Positions 54,577 to 64,000 of a stretch of DNA of 64,000 bases are shown piece after piece (within the stretch, counting starts at the first letter, position 1; each line of letters opens with the position of its first letter). Under the pieces are notes generated by a model. That model made no database searches. It saw nothing but the letters and a program-made list of their open reading frames with translations, and was not told the DNA's origin. The DNA comes from Yuukianura sp. NJ FZ-2021 (lineage: Eukaryota): positions 372,001 through 436,000 of the forward strand of contig JAJCTO010000010.1 of NCBI GenBank assembly GCA_046563655.1. The letters are read 5' to 3'. The position numbers and the translations under genes are program-made.

Positions 54577-56038
54577 TTGCCAGCTCCCAACCTAAATCCG
54601 GCACGTCCAAATCCAAATCCAGGACCAAGCAGCAATCCAAGTCAAGGGCAAGTCTTTTCAGACGAACAAATGGCCCAATTAACACAAATGTTCCATGTGG
54701 TAATTAATGCTGCGGACCAAGCAAAAGAAGCCAGAGCCCGAGCAACAAAAGCACAAGACGAATCTAGACAACCGTCATTAGTTCGAGGAGCCCCAGCAAC
54801 CAATCAAATTGACAGACGCTCTAATACGTCTATTGCTGGACCCAGTCAACTCGTCACACTTGAAACGCTGACGGAAGCACTTCAAACAGTGAGATTGACT
54901 TCAGTCAATTCACAAATTCCAGCTCCGAAATTTAATCCAAAAAAATCAACAGCAGAATCGTTTCTCAAGGATGCAGAACGATATTTTACAAGTGAAGGCT
55001 TTCCACCCCAACAATGGCTGTACATGGTAAAATCCATTTTACCCCAAGAAACACAAAGCATGGTGGGAACACATCCATAATGAAACCGACACTTGGAACG
55101 GATTCAAAATTGAATTTCTCAGAAGATTCGACAATCCAGTCGAACACAGAAACAGAGTCAAATATCTTACAAACAAAGTTCAATTGCTGCATGAACCCAC
55201 AAAAGTTCATATTTACGAAATGCTCAGACTCTCAAAATTGTGTTTCCCAAATGAAACTACTGCTCAGTCACTCTTAAGAGTTCAAAACTCACTCTATCCA
55301 AGAATCAGAACCATGCTGGGAACCAAGGAGTACGACTCTCCACAAGCCTTATTTGATGACTGTCGAACAGTCCATGACAACTTGACAGCACAAGACAAAG
55401 CCACAAAAAGCAAGGATCGTCTACCACCAATTGTCGCTCCAGCAGTGAGCAACGTCGAAGAACGAAAATTCCAACAAGGTCAAAATAATTCAAACAAAGA
55501 CCAAGTGGACGATTCAAATTCAAATTCCAATTCCCGAAAAACCAATTCCCGTGGAAGAGGAAGCTACAAGGGACGATACAGAGGAAAAGGTTGAACTTAC
55601 TACAACACTCGCAATGAAAATGCTGAAACCCAAGAACAAAAAGAAACGGAAAATCCTCAAAATGAAAATTCCCAAAGAGGAAACGACAGAGGTCGATCCA
55701 ATCGGGGCAACCGAGGATCAACACGAGGCGAAAGAGGAAATCACCGTGGACGTCGTTCCAATTACAGAGGAAAAAATTTCGACCCAAATTACCACAGCAA
55801 TTATCGTGGAACCTCAGCAAATCAAAACAATTCAAATAATCAAGCCCCAGCCAGCAATTCTGACAACATTCAATGCAGAAAATGCAGAGGTTGCGGACAC
55901 TCGACAAATCAATGTCCCAACAAACAAGGCACAGCTCTAGTTACTCAGGAAGAGTACTATGAAGAGTACGACACTTATGACTCCAACATGAGTCAAAACC
56001 AACAAGCTCAAAGCTCAAACCAACAGTTAAACTGTTGA
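54577..56038 (+). pseudogene. gag: Gypsy gag (capsid plus CCHC nucleocapsid), disrupted
   Basis: PAPKFNP...FLKDAERYF...WLYMV, AWWEH...TW.GFK.EFLRRF capsid motifs across frameshifts near 55050-55085. Premature TGA at 55592-55594, RG-rich linker, knuckle CRKCRGCGHSTNQC at ~55874, stop at 56038. True start uncertain. Confidence 0.85.
56026..56032 (+). promoter_or_regulatory. Putative -1 ribosomal frameshift site G TTA AAC at the gag/pol overlap
   Basis: Gag reads CAG TTA AAC TGT TGA. The -1 frame GTT AAA CTG TTG AGG is open into the protease. Confidence 0.65.
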
Positions 56039-57363
56039 GGGAAGATAAGCCTCCAGCACCATCTTATCTTCTCCCAATCCTCAAATTTCAAAAATCCCAA
56101 GGTGCAACATCATTGATTTTATCAAAAACACCAGAAATCGAAGCCATTTTCGACACTGGAAGCGATTATACTCTAATTCACAAAAGAGTAGCCAAAAAAA
56201 TTCAAAAGAATTTCAACTTTAGCAATAATCTCACTTTAATTATTGCTAACAATCAAAAAATTCAACCAATTGGATCAGTTCGACTCCAATTCAAGATCCT
56301 GGACAAACTCATAATCACCAATGCATACGTAATGGAAACCCTTCCATTCCCGCTTATCATTGGCAAAGATGTCATGAAGAAACATGAAATCATTCTCGAT
56401 GTCTCAGGAGAAAAGTTCTGGTTTAAGTCAAAACCAGAAGACAAACTTCCAACAATATTCTCATTCAAAAATCGACAGAATGCCATTCTGTTCAGCCTCA
56501 CTTACGAACAACCAAATGGAAAAACTCCATTGGACAAAAAAGAAGCTAGAATTCTTGAAATTATTCAAAAATTCCCAGAAGTCGCCAGAGACGACAATCT
56601 GAACGGCAGATCTTACCAGACATGAAATTGAAACAGAAGGCGGACCAATTCAACTCCGACCTTACAAATATGCTCCAAACTTAAGAAACATTCTCAACCA
56701 AGAAATCGAGCAATTAATTCAAAAAGGAATGGTGAGACAGTCCAGATCCCCTTACTCAGCACCAGTCGTGTTAGAGAAAAAAAAACTCAGACAAGTACAA
56801 GCTCTGCATCAATTACATCAAACTTAACGCAAGTATGAAGAAAAACGCAGCTCCAATGGACAATTGCAACTCCATTTTACGAACAATCCCGCCAAACTAC
56901 TGGTACACTGTTCTCGACTTGAACTCAGGATTTTGGCAAATTCCAATGCATGAAAATAGCATTGAGAAAACTGCATTCATTACACAAGACGGCCACTACG
57001 AATTCCTAGTGATGCCGATGGGATTGAAAAATTCACCAAAAACATTTACCTCATTGATGAGAATCGTTTTTCAAGATTACATTGACGTTTTCATCAAAAT
57101 TTTCGTTGATGACATCCTCATTTACTCACCAACCTTGGAACAACATTAAATGGACCTTGAAAAAGCCCTGGAAAGACTCAAAGAAGCCAAATTAACAATC
57201 AATAGAATCAAATCAGTTTGGGCACAAACTGAAGTCCATTACATTGGTCATGTTGTTGGCCAAGATGGAATTACCAAACAACCTTCAAAAGTCAAAGCCA
57301 TAATGGAATTTCCAACTCCACAATGCAAACAAGACATTTTACGATTCCATGGAATGTGCGCGT

Positions 57364-57613
57364 CAAGATTGCTATAGCAACCGATTGAATTGCTACACCA
57401 GGTTATCCAGTACCTCAGGGTTTCCAAAAATCTTGCTGCAAACAACTTTTTGAACCAATTTTGAACCAATTCCCATTAGACTACATACAAATCATTACCA
57501 TAGAAAGGCACGGCGACGCAAGTTTTGCAAATTATTTGAGAAAATTAAAAACATCGACTTACTGGACAACCTGGTGTAGCATAAACAATTTGTTTGTTTG
57601 TTTACCCACCTTG
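57364..57613. mobile_element. 250-bp hAT-like MITE inserted in pol
   Basis: 8-bp TSD gtgcgcgt (57356-57363) / gtgcacgt (57614-57621), termini caag...cttg, and a subterminal 22-bp inverted repeat tgctacaccaggttatccagta / tactggacaacctggtgtagca. Removing it restores GMCAWY. Confidence 0.85.
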
Positions 57614-59955
57614 GTGCACGTGGTACGCCACCTTCATCAAAAACTTTAGTTCAAAAGCCGAACCATTACATCATCTTCTCAGAAAGAACGTAAAATGGCG
57701 ATGGGGTCAAGAACAAGAAAATGCCTTTCAAGAAATCAAAAGAGCGATGGCAGAAGATGTCACTCTCAAAACAATTGATTACTCAAAACCAATAATCATG
57801 CAATGTGATGCCTCAGAAAATGGACTCGGAGCAGTTCTTGTCCAAGAAATTGACGGCAAAGAAAGACCAATCATGTTTGCAAGCAAATCACTCAAAAAGT
57901 CAGAACGAAGCGCTCATATTCATGGGAAAGAGCTGTATGCCATAATATTTGCATATGACAAATTCAGAGAATTTATTGAAGGACACCCCTTCATAATCGA
58001 AACTGACAACAAGGCAGTCAGTTACCTAAATTCCATGCAAAACAAAAAAGCCAAACTTACAAAATGGGCAATCGCGATCACATCCTGGAACGCAACCATC
58101 AGATTCAGAAAAGGATCCGAAAACATAGTTGCAGACGCACTCTCAAGAGCCAGCCTTCCAGAAATGCAAAACGATCCCGACATGCTCCAAGACAGAGACA
58201 ATATTCTATTACCAACATTTCTACTTGTCTACTGCACTCCATCATTACAAGATATTTCAACGGAACAACGAAAAGATCCACAAATTCAAAAAATCATAAA
58301 CGAACTCAAAGTTACGAAGAATGCTCGGCCAAGCATTACTAGTAATTATGTCTTCGACAGAAACGTTTTGTTCCGAAAAATCAAACCATTCAAAGGAAGG
58401 ACTGCAACTTTACCAAAATTGACTCAAGTCAAATCAAAAATCTGTCATGAAACAATTTGTTTCAAACCAGGTTGCATCCATCCAAAGACCGTCATTACGG
58501 CACAAAAACCAAATCAAAATCAAGAGAAGACAACTGAAGAGAGGAGTCATGAACCTCAGACGCAGCCAGTCAACTCAAATTTACCCAAAAATGACAAGGA
58601 TCCTAACATAAATCAAGAAAAAACCATGGTACCAGTAATTCCAGAAACTATGAAAACAAAAATAATGGAAATCTTCCATGACTCCCCAGAAGCCGGACAC
58701 TTCGGGAGAACAAAAACTCAAGAAAGAATCAAACAAAGATGCTATTGGAATAACATGAACAGAGAAATTGCAGAATATGTCAAAACTTGTGACAAATGCC
58801 AAAAAGTAAAAATCTCAAATAGGAAACCCTATGGAGAATTAGGATTTGCAAAACCGCCATCCGAAGTATTCGGAACAATACATGTTGATTATCAAGGTCC
58901 ATTTCCAACAAGTGCGGGCGGAAAACAAAGCAAATATTTACTCGTCGTTCTAGACGAACTGTCAAAATGGGTTGAACTTTTCCCCATGACAGCGGCAACT
59001 GCAAAGAAAACTGAAGAAATACTGGAAGATCAAATCTTCTGCAGATTCGGATCTCCACACACAATAATCTCAGACCATGGACCTCAATTTACTTCCAACA
59101 TAATCGCTGATTTATGTGAAAAATGGAAAATCAAACATAAAATGATTGCTGAGTACCATCCTCAAGCCAATCAATCTGAGAGAACCAATAGAAGCATCAA
59201 AACAATGATTCAAGCATACATTGAAGAAAGTCATCACAAATGGGACCAAAACATTCAAAAATTCGCTCTAGCATTACGCACAGTCGTAAATGAAACAACA
59301 AAAGTCACCCCAGCATTATTAAATCTGGGAAGGCAAATTCCATTGCCATTTGACAGAAATTTACAACAAAGTCCAACTCAGGTTGACTTAAACCACGCTC
59401 AAAAAGTTCCAAATGAACTTAAAGAATTAATTGAGTACGTGAGAGCAAACATGGAAATAGCCCATGAGAAAAACCGAATGTATTATAACAAAAGTCACCG
59501 TGATGTGACATTTAATGAAGGAGACTTCGTCCTCATTAAAACGCATATCCTATCCAGTAAGGATGAAGGGATTGCACAAAAATTATCCCATAAATGGGAA
59601 GGTCCATACAAAATTGGCAGTAAAGCCACTCCAATTACTTACGAAATAGTAAGAATTGATGACAATTCTCATGTAGGGAGACGGCATGTTTCCCAAATTA
59701 AACAATATTTTGTCCGAAAAATAAAACAAAAAATTAATCAAAAGAAAAATGATTCAGTTCCGTTGAACGATGAATCTGAAAACTTACCAAGACTTAGACA
59801 AAAACAAAGAGTCAATTATCGCACGCTCGCAGGTTATCACCGCTAAGCGCGAAACCGGAAACAAAAACACAAAAAATTCTTTCCAAATTCCAAATACCAT
59901 ATCAATGTGAGAAATCACAATCCAGAATTAATTAACTTTAATTCCTCAATTTCAG

Positions 59956-60714
59956 ATGGCAACTCCATGGCTAAAACTGAAAGCAGAAATGGAAAAAAAA
60001 TACGGAAAAGCCAAAACCAGACCATTCTACAATCCGAAATTCCAAGGATTCCGAAATTACTGTATCCAAAGAAACAAGGACGGCTACGACATACAGCAAA
60101 ATCCGAAACTTGCCGAAATGACCAAATTCCACATCACAGAATCAATGTCAACATACAAAACTGGTCAAAGTATCAAGGATGACAGAGCTACCACTCCAGT
60201 CATCATTCCTGGAAAATATTCCGAATTCAAAAAGATGCTGGATGACCTCAAAATTCAAGAAGAAATTGCATTCGACACTGAATTTTCTGACGGAACAGAT
60301 CGAGCCTACTTTGGTCATACGTACCCGGCACTTATTCAAATCTCAACACAAGAAAAAGATTACGTGATCTGCCCTTTCCAATTTGGCGAAAAAATACAAG
60401 AACTCAAACAAATATTTGAAAATCCTAACATTATCAAAATCGGATTCGACCCTAAAGAAGATGTCAAAAAACTGAACTTGTTTTACAAAATATTCCCCGT
60501 CGGAATCATTGACCTACAGCGAGCCTATTACAAATTCCCACAACCTCCAGACGAACCAGAACGTCAAAGACAAGAAAATTACTGGAGAGTAATTTCCACT
60601 CTCATTCCAAATGTTGAACCAACCAATCTAAAAGCAAAATCCTTGTCCTGCAGAACAGAAACCGTCTGGAACACTGTGCGGGAGAATCAACTGAATAGAT
60701 TTCTGCTCAAATAA
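59956..60714 (+). CDS. ORF3: DEDDy 3'-5' exonuclease (RNase D/RRP6/WRN-like), C-terminally truncated at ~60640
   Basis: ExoI IAFDTEF, ALIQIST..KDYVI, LKQIFENPNIIKIGF, ExoII EDVKKL, IIDLQ. ExoIII (YxxxD) is absent, and the last ~25 codons appear to come from the adjacent LINE fragment. Confidence 0.85.
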   Translation: MATPWLKLKAEMEKKYGKAKTRPFYNPKFQGFRNYCIQRNKDGYDIQQNPKLAEMTKFHITESMSTYKTGQSIKDDRATTPVIIPGKYSEFKKMLDDLKIQEEIAFDTEFSDGTDRAYFGHTYPALIQISTQEKDYVICPFQFGEKIQELKQIFENPNIIKIGFDPKEDVKKLNLFYKIFPVGIIDLQRAYYKFPQPPDEPERQRQENYWRVISTLIPNVEPTNLKAKSLSCRTETVWNTVRENQLNRFLLK

Positions 60715-61765
60715 AGGAGATTCTGCAAAATTCGCTAGTTGCCCTCACTAACCAAATTCAGCATACTCAGCGTCTGGGTAAGTCAACTGCTCAAACTCCA
60801 AACAAACCATTCAAAATAATCTTCCAATCTCTGGACACCAGGAATACCTTCTGGAGAAATCGGATGCGTGTCAAACAACCATTTCCAGCTCTCAGGATTA
60901 ATCATGATCTCGCACCTGCCACAAGAAAAAAAGGTAGCTGCCAAACGACAGAACCTAACCATCAATGCTAACGAACAATACAGACACAACGTCAACACTC
61001 CAGCCCAGACTACTACATTCGCTCAAAACCCTGGCTTCGTACAATGCAGCACGACTCCACGATCAGCACCGTTGTGATAACCAGCTACAACACAACGTCG
61101 AAAAGTCAAGTATGAGCTTAATATCGCTCAATTGAATATGCGCTCATATTCAAACAAATTCTCCAAAGTGTGGCATCTTCTAAACCTACATAATATCGAC
61201 ATACTTTGCTTATGTAGTCCGGCCTGGATAGCTCGGTGACTATATTCTCTATTGGTCATTCGAGTTAAATAAGTGTGCTAGGGCGAGGAGCTTGGATGGG
61301 TACCCACCATGGTCTTGTCTTTCTTTGAGCTAGGTGTTTCAGCCTAGCACCGGCATATGCGAGTGTCTCCTAGTGTGTTTTTCACTGTGGTACTCAGAGA
61401 CCAAAAGGTTTCCCACTAGGCGTAGCGCGAATGCAGGACACTCGTTCCTGTCCATCGTGCAGTTAGTAGAAGCAGAGTAAAGACTCACCGAAACCTGGAC
61501 GGCTTCAATTAGTAGAAGTAGCGTAAAGACTCATCGAACACTGAAGGGACAGGGCTAGGAGGGGGTCTTCCCGGTAACCGGAGCCTGCCATGGGCTACGG
61601 GCCCGTAGGGTGGGTAACCTCGAAAGAGGTTGGACATGATATAAAAAAAATACTTTGCTTATGTGAAACCTGGCTCACGCAAAACGTCACGAAAACCGTT
61701 CCTCCCGGATACTCAATGTGCAGAAACAACCGAATTCACAAAACAGGATGAGGAGTCTGCAAAAG
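60640..61765 (+). pseudogene. CR1/L2-like LINE fragment: end of ORF1 and start of the ORF2 AP endonuclease, split by a SINE
   Basis: My translation gives QRLGKS...KPFKIIFQSLDTRNTFW...LRINHDLAPATRK (~60700-60930, ORF1 RRM-like), then LNIAQLNMRSYSNKF...IDILCLC|ETWL...PPGYSMCRNNR...G*GVC (~61117-61760, APE motifs). Confidence 0.8.
61216..61649 (+). mobile_element. ~434-bp SINE-like retroposed structured RNA
   Basis: Perfect 15-bp TSD atactttgcttatgt (61201-61215 and 61650-61664), A-rich 3' tail, and a tRNA-like head ggcctggatagctcggtg. Confidence 0.85.
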
Positions 61766-61821
61766 AACAAAAAAGGTTGGTTTCGGATTTTGGGTCCAAC
61801 TTCGAGCAAGGAAATGAAAAT

Positions 61822-61918
61822 GAAGGCGGTGTCCCGACATCCTGGAAATCCGGCATAGTCATTGGCATGAGTTGTAGAATCAGTGTAAAAAAAATTGAGA
61901 TGTCGGGACACCGCCTTC
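61822..61918. repeat. Perfect 20-bp inverted repeat around a 57-bp spacer (mini-MITE-like)
   Basis: gaaggcggtgtcccgacatc (61822-61841) / gatgtcgggacaccgccttc (61899-61918). Confidence 0.75.
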
Positions 61919-62300
61919 TAACCTAAAAGTGCCACCAAAGTTGACCATATTTCGATGGAAAAAATCAAAACTTTCGTTTCTTTCTGGTGCAAAATAGTTT
62001 TTAACACTTGCGTGCACATTTGCACAACTGAAATAAACAGGGAAAAAAAAACAGGTTTTACTGTTTGCACAATTTTAAAATATAGATTTTTTATGCACAA
62101 TTTTATGCTTTTGATGTTTCCTAGGAAACGATTCGTTTCATGAAATGTTTGTTAAGATGTGTCCACTTTTATGAATTTTAAAAAACAAAAATCTCAGTTC
62201 GTTTCCAGTTTCCGACTTGTACGGAAGTGAAAAAATCTTGTCCACGAAAGGTTAATTAAAAAGTTCTTTTAAGAACTAAGCTGAACGAACTTACCCAAAA

Positions 62301-62841
62301 ATGGGACGCTGGGAATGTGAACAATGTCTGCGAAAGTTACAATCTAATCAAAGGAAGCACGTTTGTGATGGGAAATCGATTTGCACAAGGTGTTATGTGA
62401 CTCTGCGTGAAGCTTCAGGCTCTATTGGTCGAAAGTTAAGAATTGGTAAGTTCAAAAATACTCGAGAATGTTAAATTATGGAAATGAAGTTGCGGATTTC
62501 GAATCATTATTGACTTTTTCTTTGCTGTAGCCATTGCTTCCAGCAAACCTATTTTGCCAGTTCGGCCAATCACAAGAAGCCAAGCCAATTTTCACAATAA
62601 TGAGGAAAATGAAGATATCGAAGAAAATGCTTCCATGGACATTGACAGCCAACAGTTCTCCGCTCATTCCCAAGGTATAAAATGAAAAATCTGTTCTTTG
62701 TGTTGGAAATACTGTATGTCAAAGTACTAAACTTTACAATTTCTTTTCAGATGTTTCACTTCCCGACTCAAACCAACCCATGTCGCCATCTTCGGGAGAA
62801 GACAGTTATGACCATTCTCAACTTTCGAATTTTTCTACACT
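62301..62841 (+). CDS. Spliced gene (exons 62301-62445, 62531-62674, 62751-62841+) encoding an N-terminal CxxC...CxxC zinc-finger-like protein, interrupted by an LTR element
   Basis: ATG at 62301 gives MGRWECEQCL...KSICTRCY. Two GT-AG introns of 85 and 76 nt, both phase 1, keep the frame open (AIASSKPILPVRP...HSQDVSLPDS). Branch-like tactaa in intron 2. Confidence 0.65.
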
Positions 62842-63054
62842 TGTAATGTACGTAAGAAACTACGTAATTATAGAAACTAGTTATTTCCAGTTTAGGCATC
62901 ATTGCTGATGCAACTTTCCTCCCACCTTTCTTAGCACGTAAGTCTTAGCTATAAAAGCTCGAGCTCTCTCAAGCACTTCATTCTATTCTCACATAGAATC
63001 GGCCCAATAAACACACACTCTTCTTTTCCATACACCACACATTTTGGCGACGAG
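62842..63054 (+). mobile_element. 5' LTR (62842-63041, 200 bp) and PBS of a Mag-like Gypsy element
   Basis: TG...CA termini, TATAAAA at ~62950, AATAAA at ~63006, PBS TGGCGACGAG at 63045-63054. Confidence 0.85.
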
Positions 63055-63119
63055 AGTAAAAGCCCAAAACTCATCCCTCTTTTCCAGCAATACTTGCCCA
63101 ATTATTCCAGGACAATAAC

Positions 63120-64000
63120 ATGGCCACTGCTATTGTTGGAACCCTAAAACCCTTCGATTCATCAAGCGATGATTTTGAAGATTGGGTGGATGTCTATAAG
63201 TCATTCCTCGTAGCGAATGGACTTAGCTCAGAATCCACTGACGCGGACGTGCAAAAGAAACGCGCCGGCATTTTTCTTTCGTCCCTAGGCATATCCACAT
63301 ATTCCTTGCTAGTGAATCTGCTATCACCAATTTCACCACTCAAGGCGGAGCTTAAGACCTTGATCACAACCCTGCAGAATCACTTTAAACCAGCCCCTAA
63401 AGCCCTCGCAGAGAGATACAAATTCTCATTACGGAAACAGCGCCCAGGCGAATCCGTATCCGCATTTCTCGCAGCCCTGCGAAAAATGGCAATCACGTGC
63501 AAGTTTGGTACCAACCTCCCAAACCACTTAAGAGACCAATTTATCTTTGGCTTAACAAGCGAGCGTGCCCAGAAGGCGGTTTTCACTAAAGAGGATGAGG
63601 TGACCTTGGAGGAGGTTCTCAAGGTCGCGGTGTCGCACGAAGCTGCGGATACCAGTGCAATGGTTATACGTAATCCAAACACCTCAGAGGTAAATTTCGC
63701 GTCCACGGCACGTCGCCCATTTCAGACACCACATCGTGGTAGGGGGCGTGGCCGGGGTGGCCCACAGAGGGGTAGCGCCCAATCACGACCTTCTGGAGCC
63801 CAGCCCTCCAGAAATGGTCAATGTCCAAACTGCGGCTCCAAGGCCCACAGTACCGCTCGCGACTGTCCACACAAGGACGCAGAGTGCTTTGCATGTGGCA
63901 AACGTGGCCACTTCAAGAAAATGTGCCGGAATGGCAGGAAACCCCACACAACCCACACGGTAGGTCAGGACACTTCGGAGAACTACGTCTCGAATGTGAA
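63120..64000 (+). CDS. gag: Gypsy (Mag/K02A2.6-like) gag, open to the window edge
   Basis: My translation: MATAIVGTLKPFD...AERYKFSLRKQRPGESVSAFLAALRKMAITCKFG...LRDQFIFGL...CPNCGSKAHSTARDC...CFACGKRGHFKKMC. It is absent from the ORF track, presumably because there is no stop within the window. Confidence 0.92.
   Translation, partial: MATAIVGTLKPFDSSSDDFEDWVDVYKSFLVANGLSSESTDADVQKKRAGIFLSSLGISTYSLLVNLLSPISPLKAELKTLITTLQNHFKPAPKALAERYKFSLRKQRPGESVSAFLAALRKMAITCKFGTNLPNHLRDQFIFGLTSERAQKAVFTKEDEVTLEEVLKVAVSHEAADTSAMVIRNPNTSEVNFASTARRPFQTPHRGRGRGRGGPQRGSAQSRPSGAQPSRNGQCPNCGSKAHSTARDCPHKDAECFACGKRGHFKKMCRNGRKPHTTHTVGQDTSENYVSNV

Larger units (their letters stand above)
56026..59846 (+). pseudogene. 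pol: Gypsy pol: protease, reverse transcriptase, RNase H, integrase; disrupted
   Basis: Protease FDTGS; RT LDLNSGFWQI, TAF, MPMGLKNSP, FVDDILI; RNase H CDAS..GLGAVL, KELYAI, TDN, ADALSR; integrase HHCC, DDE core and WEGPY. Frameshifts near 56610 and 56780, a stop at 57147-57149, and a 250-bp insertion. Confidence 0.95.
53000..60640 (+). mobile_element. Decayed Ty3/Gypsy LTR retrotransposon: 5' LTR, long leader with hairpin array, gag, pol, exonuclease ORF3; 3' end lost
   Basis: Domain order is PR-RT-RH-INT, with a uniform A-rich coding strand from gag through ORF3. No second copy of the LTR is found in the window. Confidence 0.9.

Noticed and set aside
61440..61640. Hammerhead ribozyme or retrozyme in the SINE
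   Set aside because: No CUGANGA core with a correctly placed GAAA was found on either strand.
63380..63963. ORFs 63380..63706 (-), 63664..63894 (-) and 63736..63963 (+)
   Set aside because: They are shadow frames of the gag ORF that starts at 63120.

Overview
Eukaryotic, repeat-dense heterochromatin-like window. The short introns and transposon types suggest an arthropod (inference). Bases 1-5179 are a 203/206-bp two-subtype satellite. It joins directly to a very homogeneous 160/161-bp satellite (5181-43105, about 236 copies) that has one hypervariable window of about 9 nt per monomer. A 100-N assembly gap follows. Bases 43206-64000 are nested mobile DNA: foldback/MITE-like elements and minisatellites, a probable Polinton/Maverick remnant (two divergent paralogous genes of unknown function plus a truncated packaging ATPase), an ORF with a degenerate dUTPase-like N-terminus upstream of a PPT and a ~1-kb LTR, and a Copia gag/protease fragment. 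Next comes a decayed Ty3/Gypsy element, then a CR1/L2-like LINE fragment carrying a structured SINE, a spliced zinc-finger gene, and the start of a Mag-like Gypsy element. The most notable feature is the Gypsy element at 53000-60640. Its 5' leader holds about 21 stem-loops with compensatory base changes, including G.U pairs. In the env position it carries an RNase D/RRP6-like DEDDy 3'-5' exonuclease ORF, preceded directly by a splice acceptor. All calls are by eye; no database searches were run.
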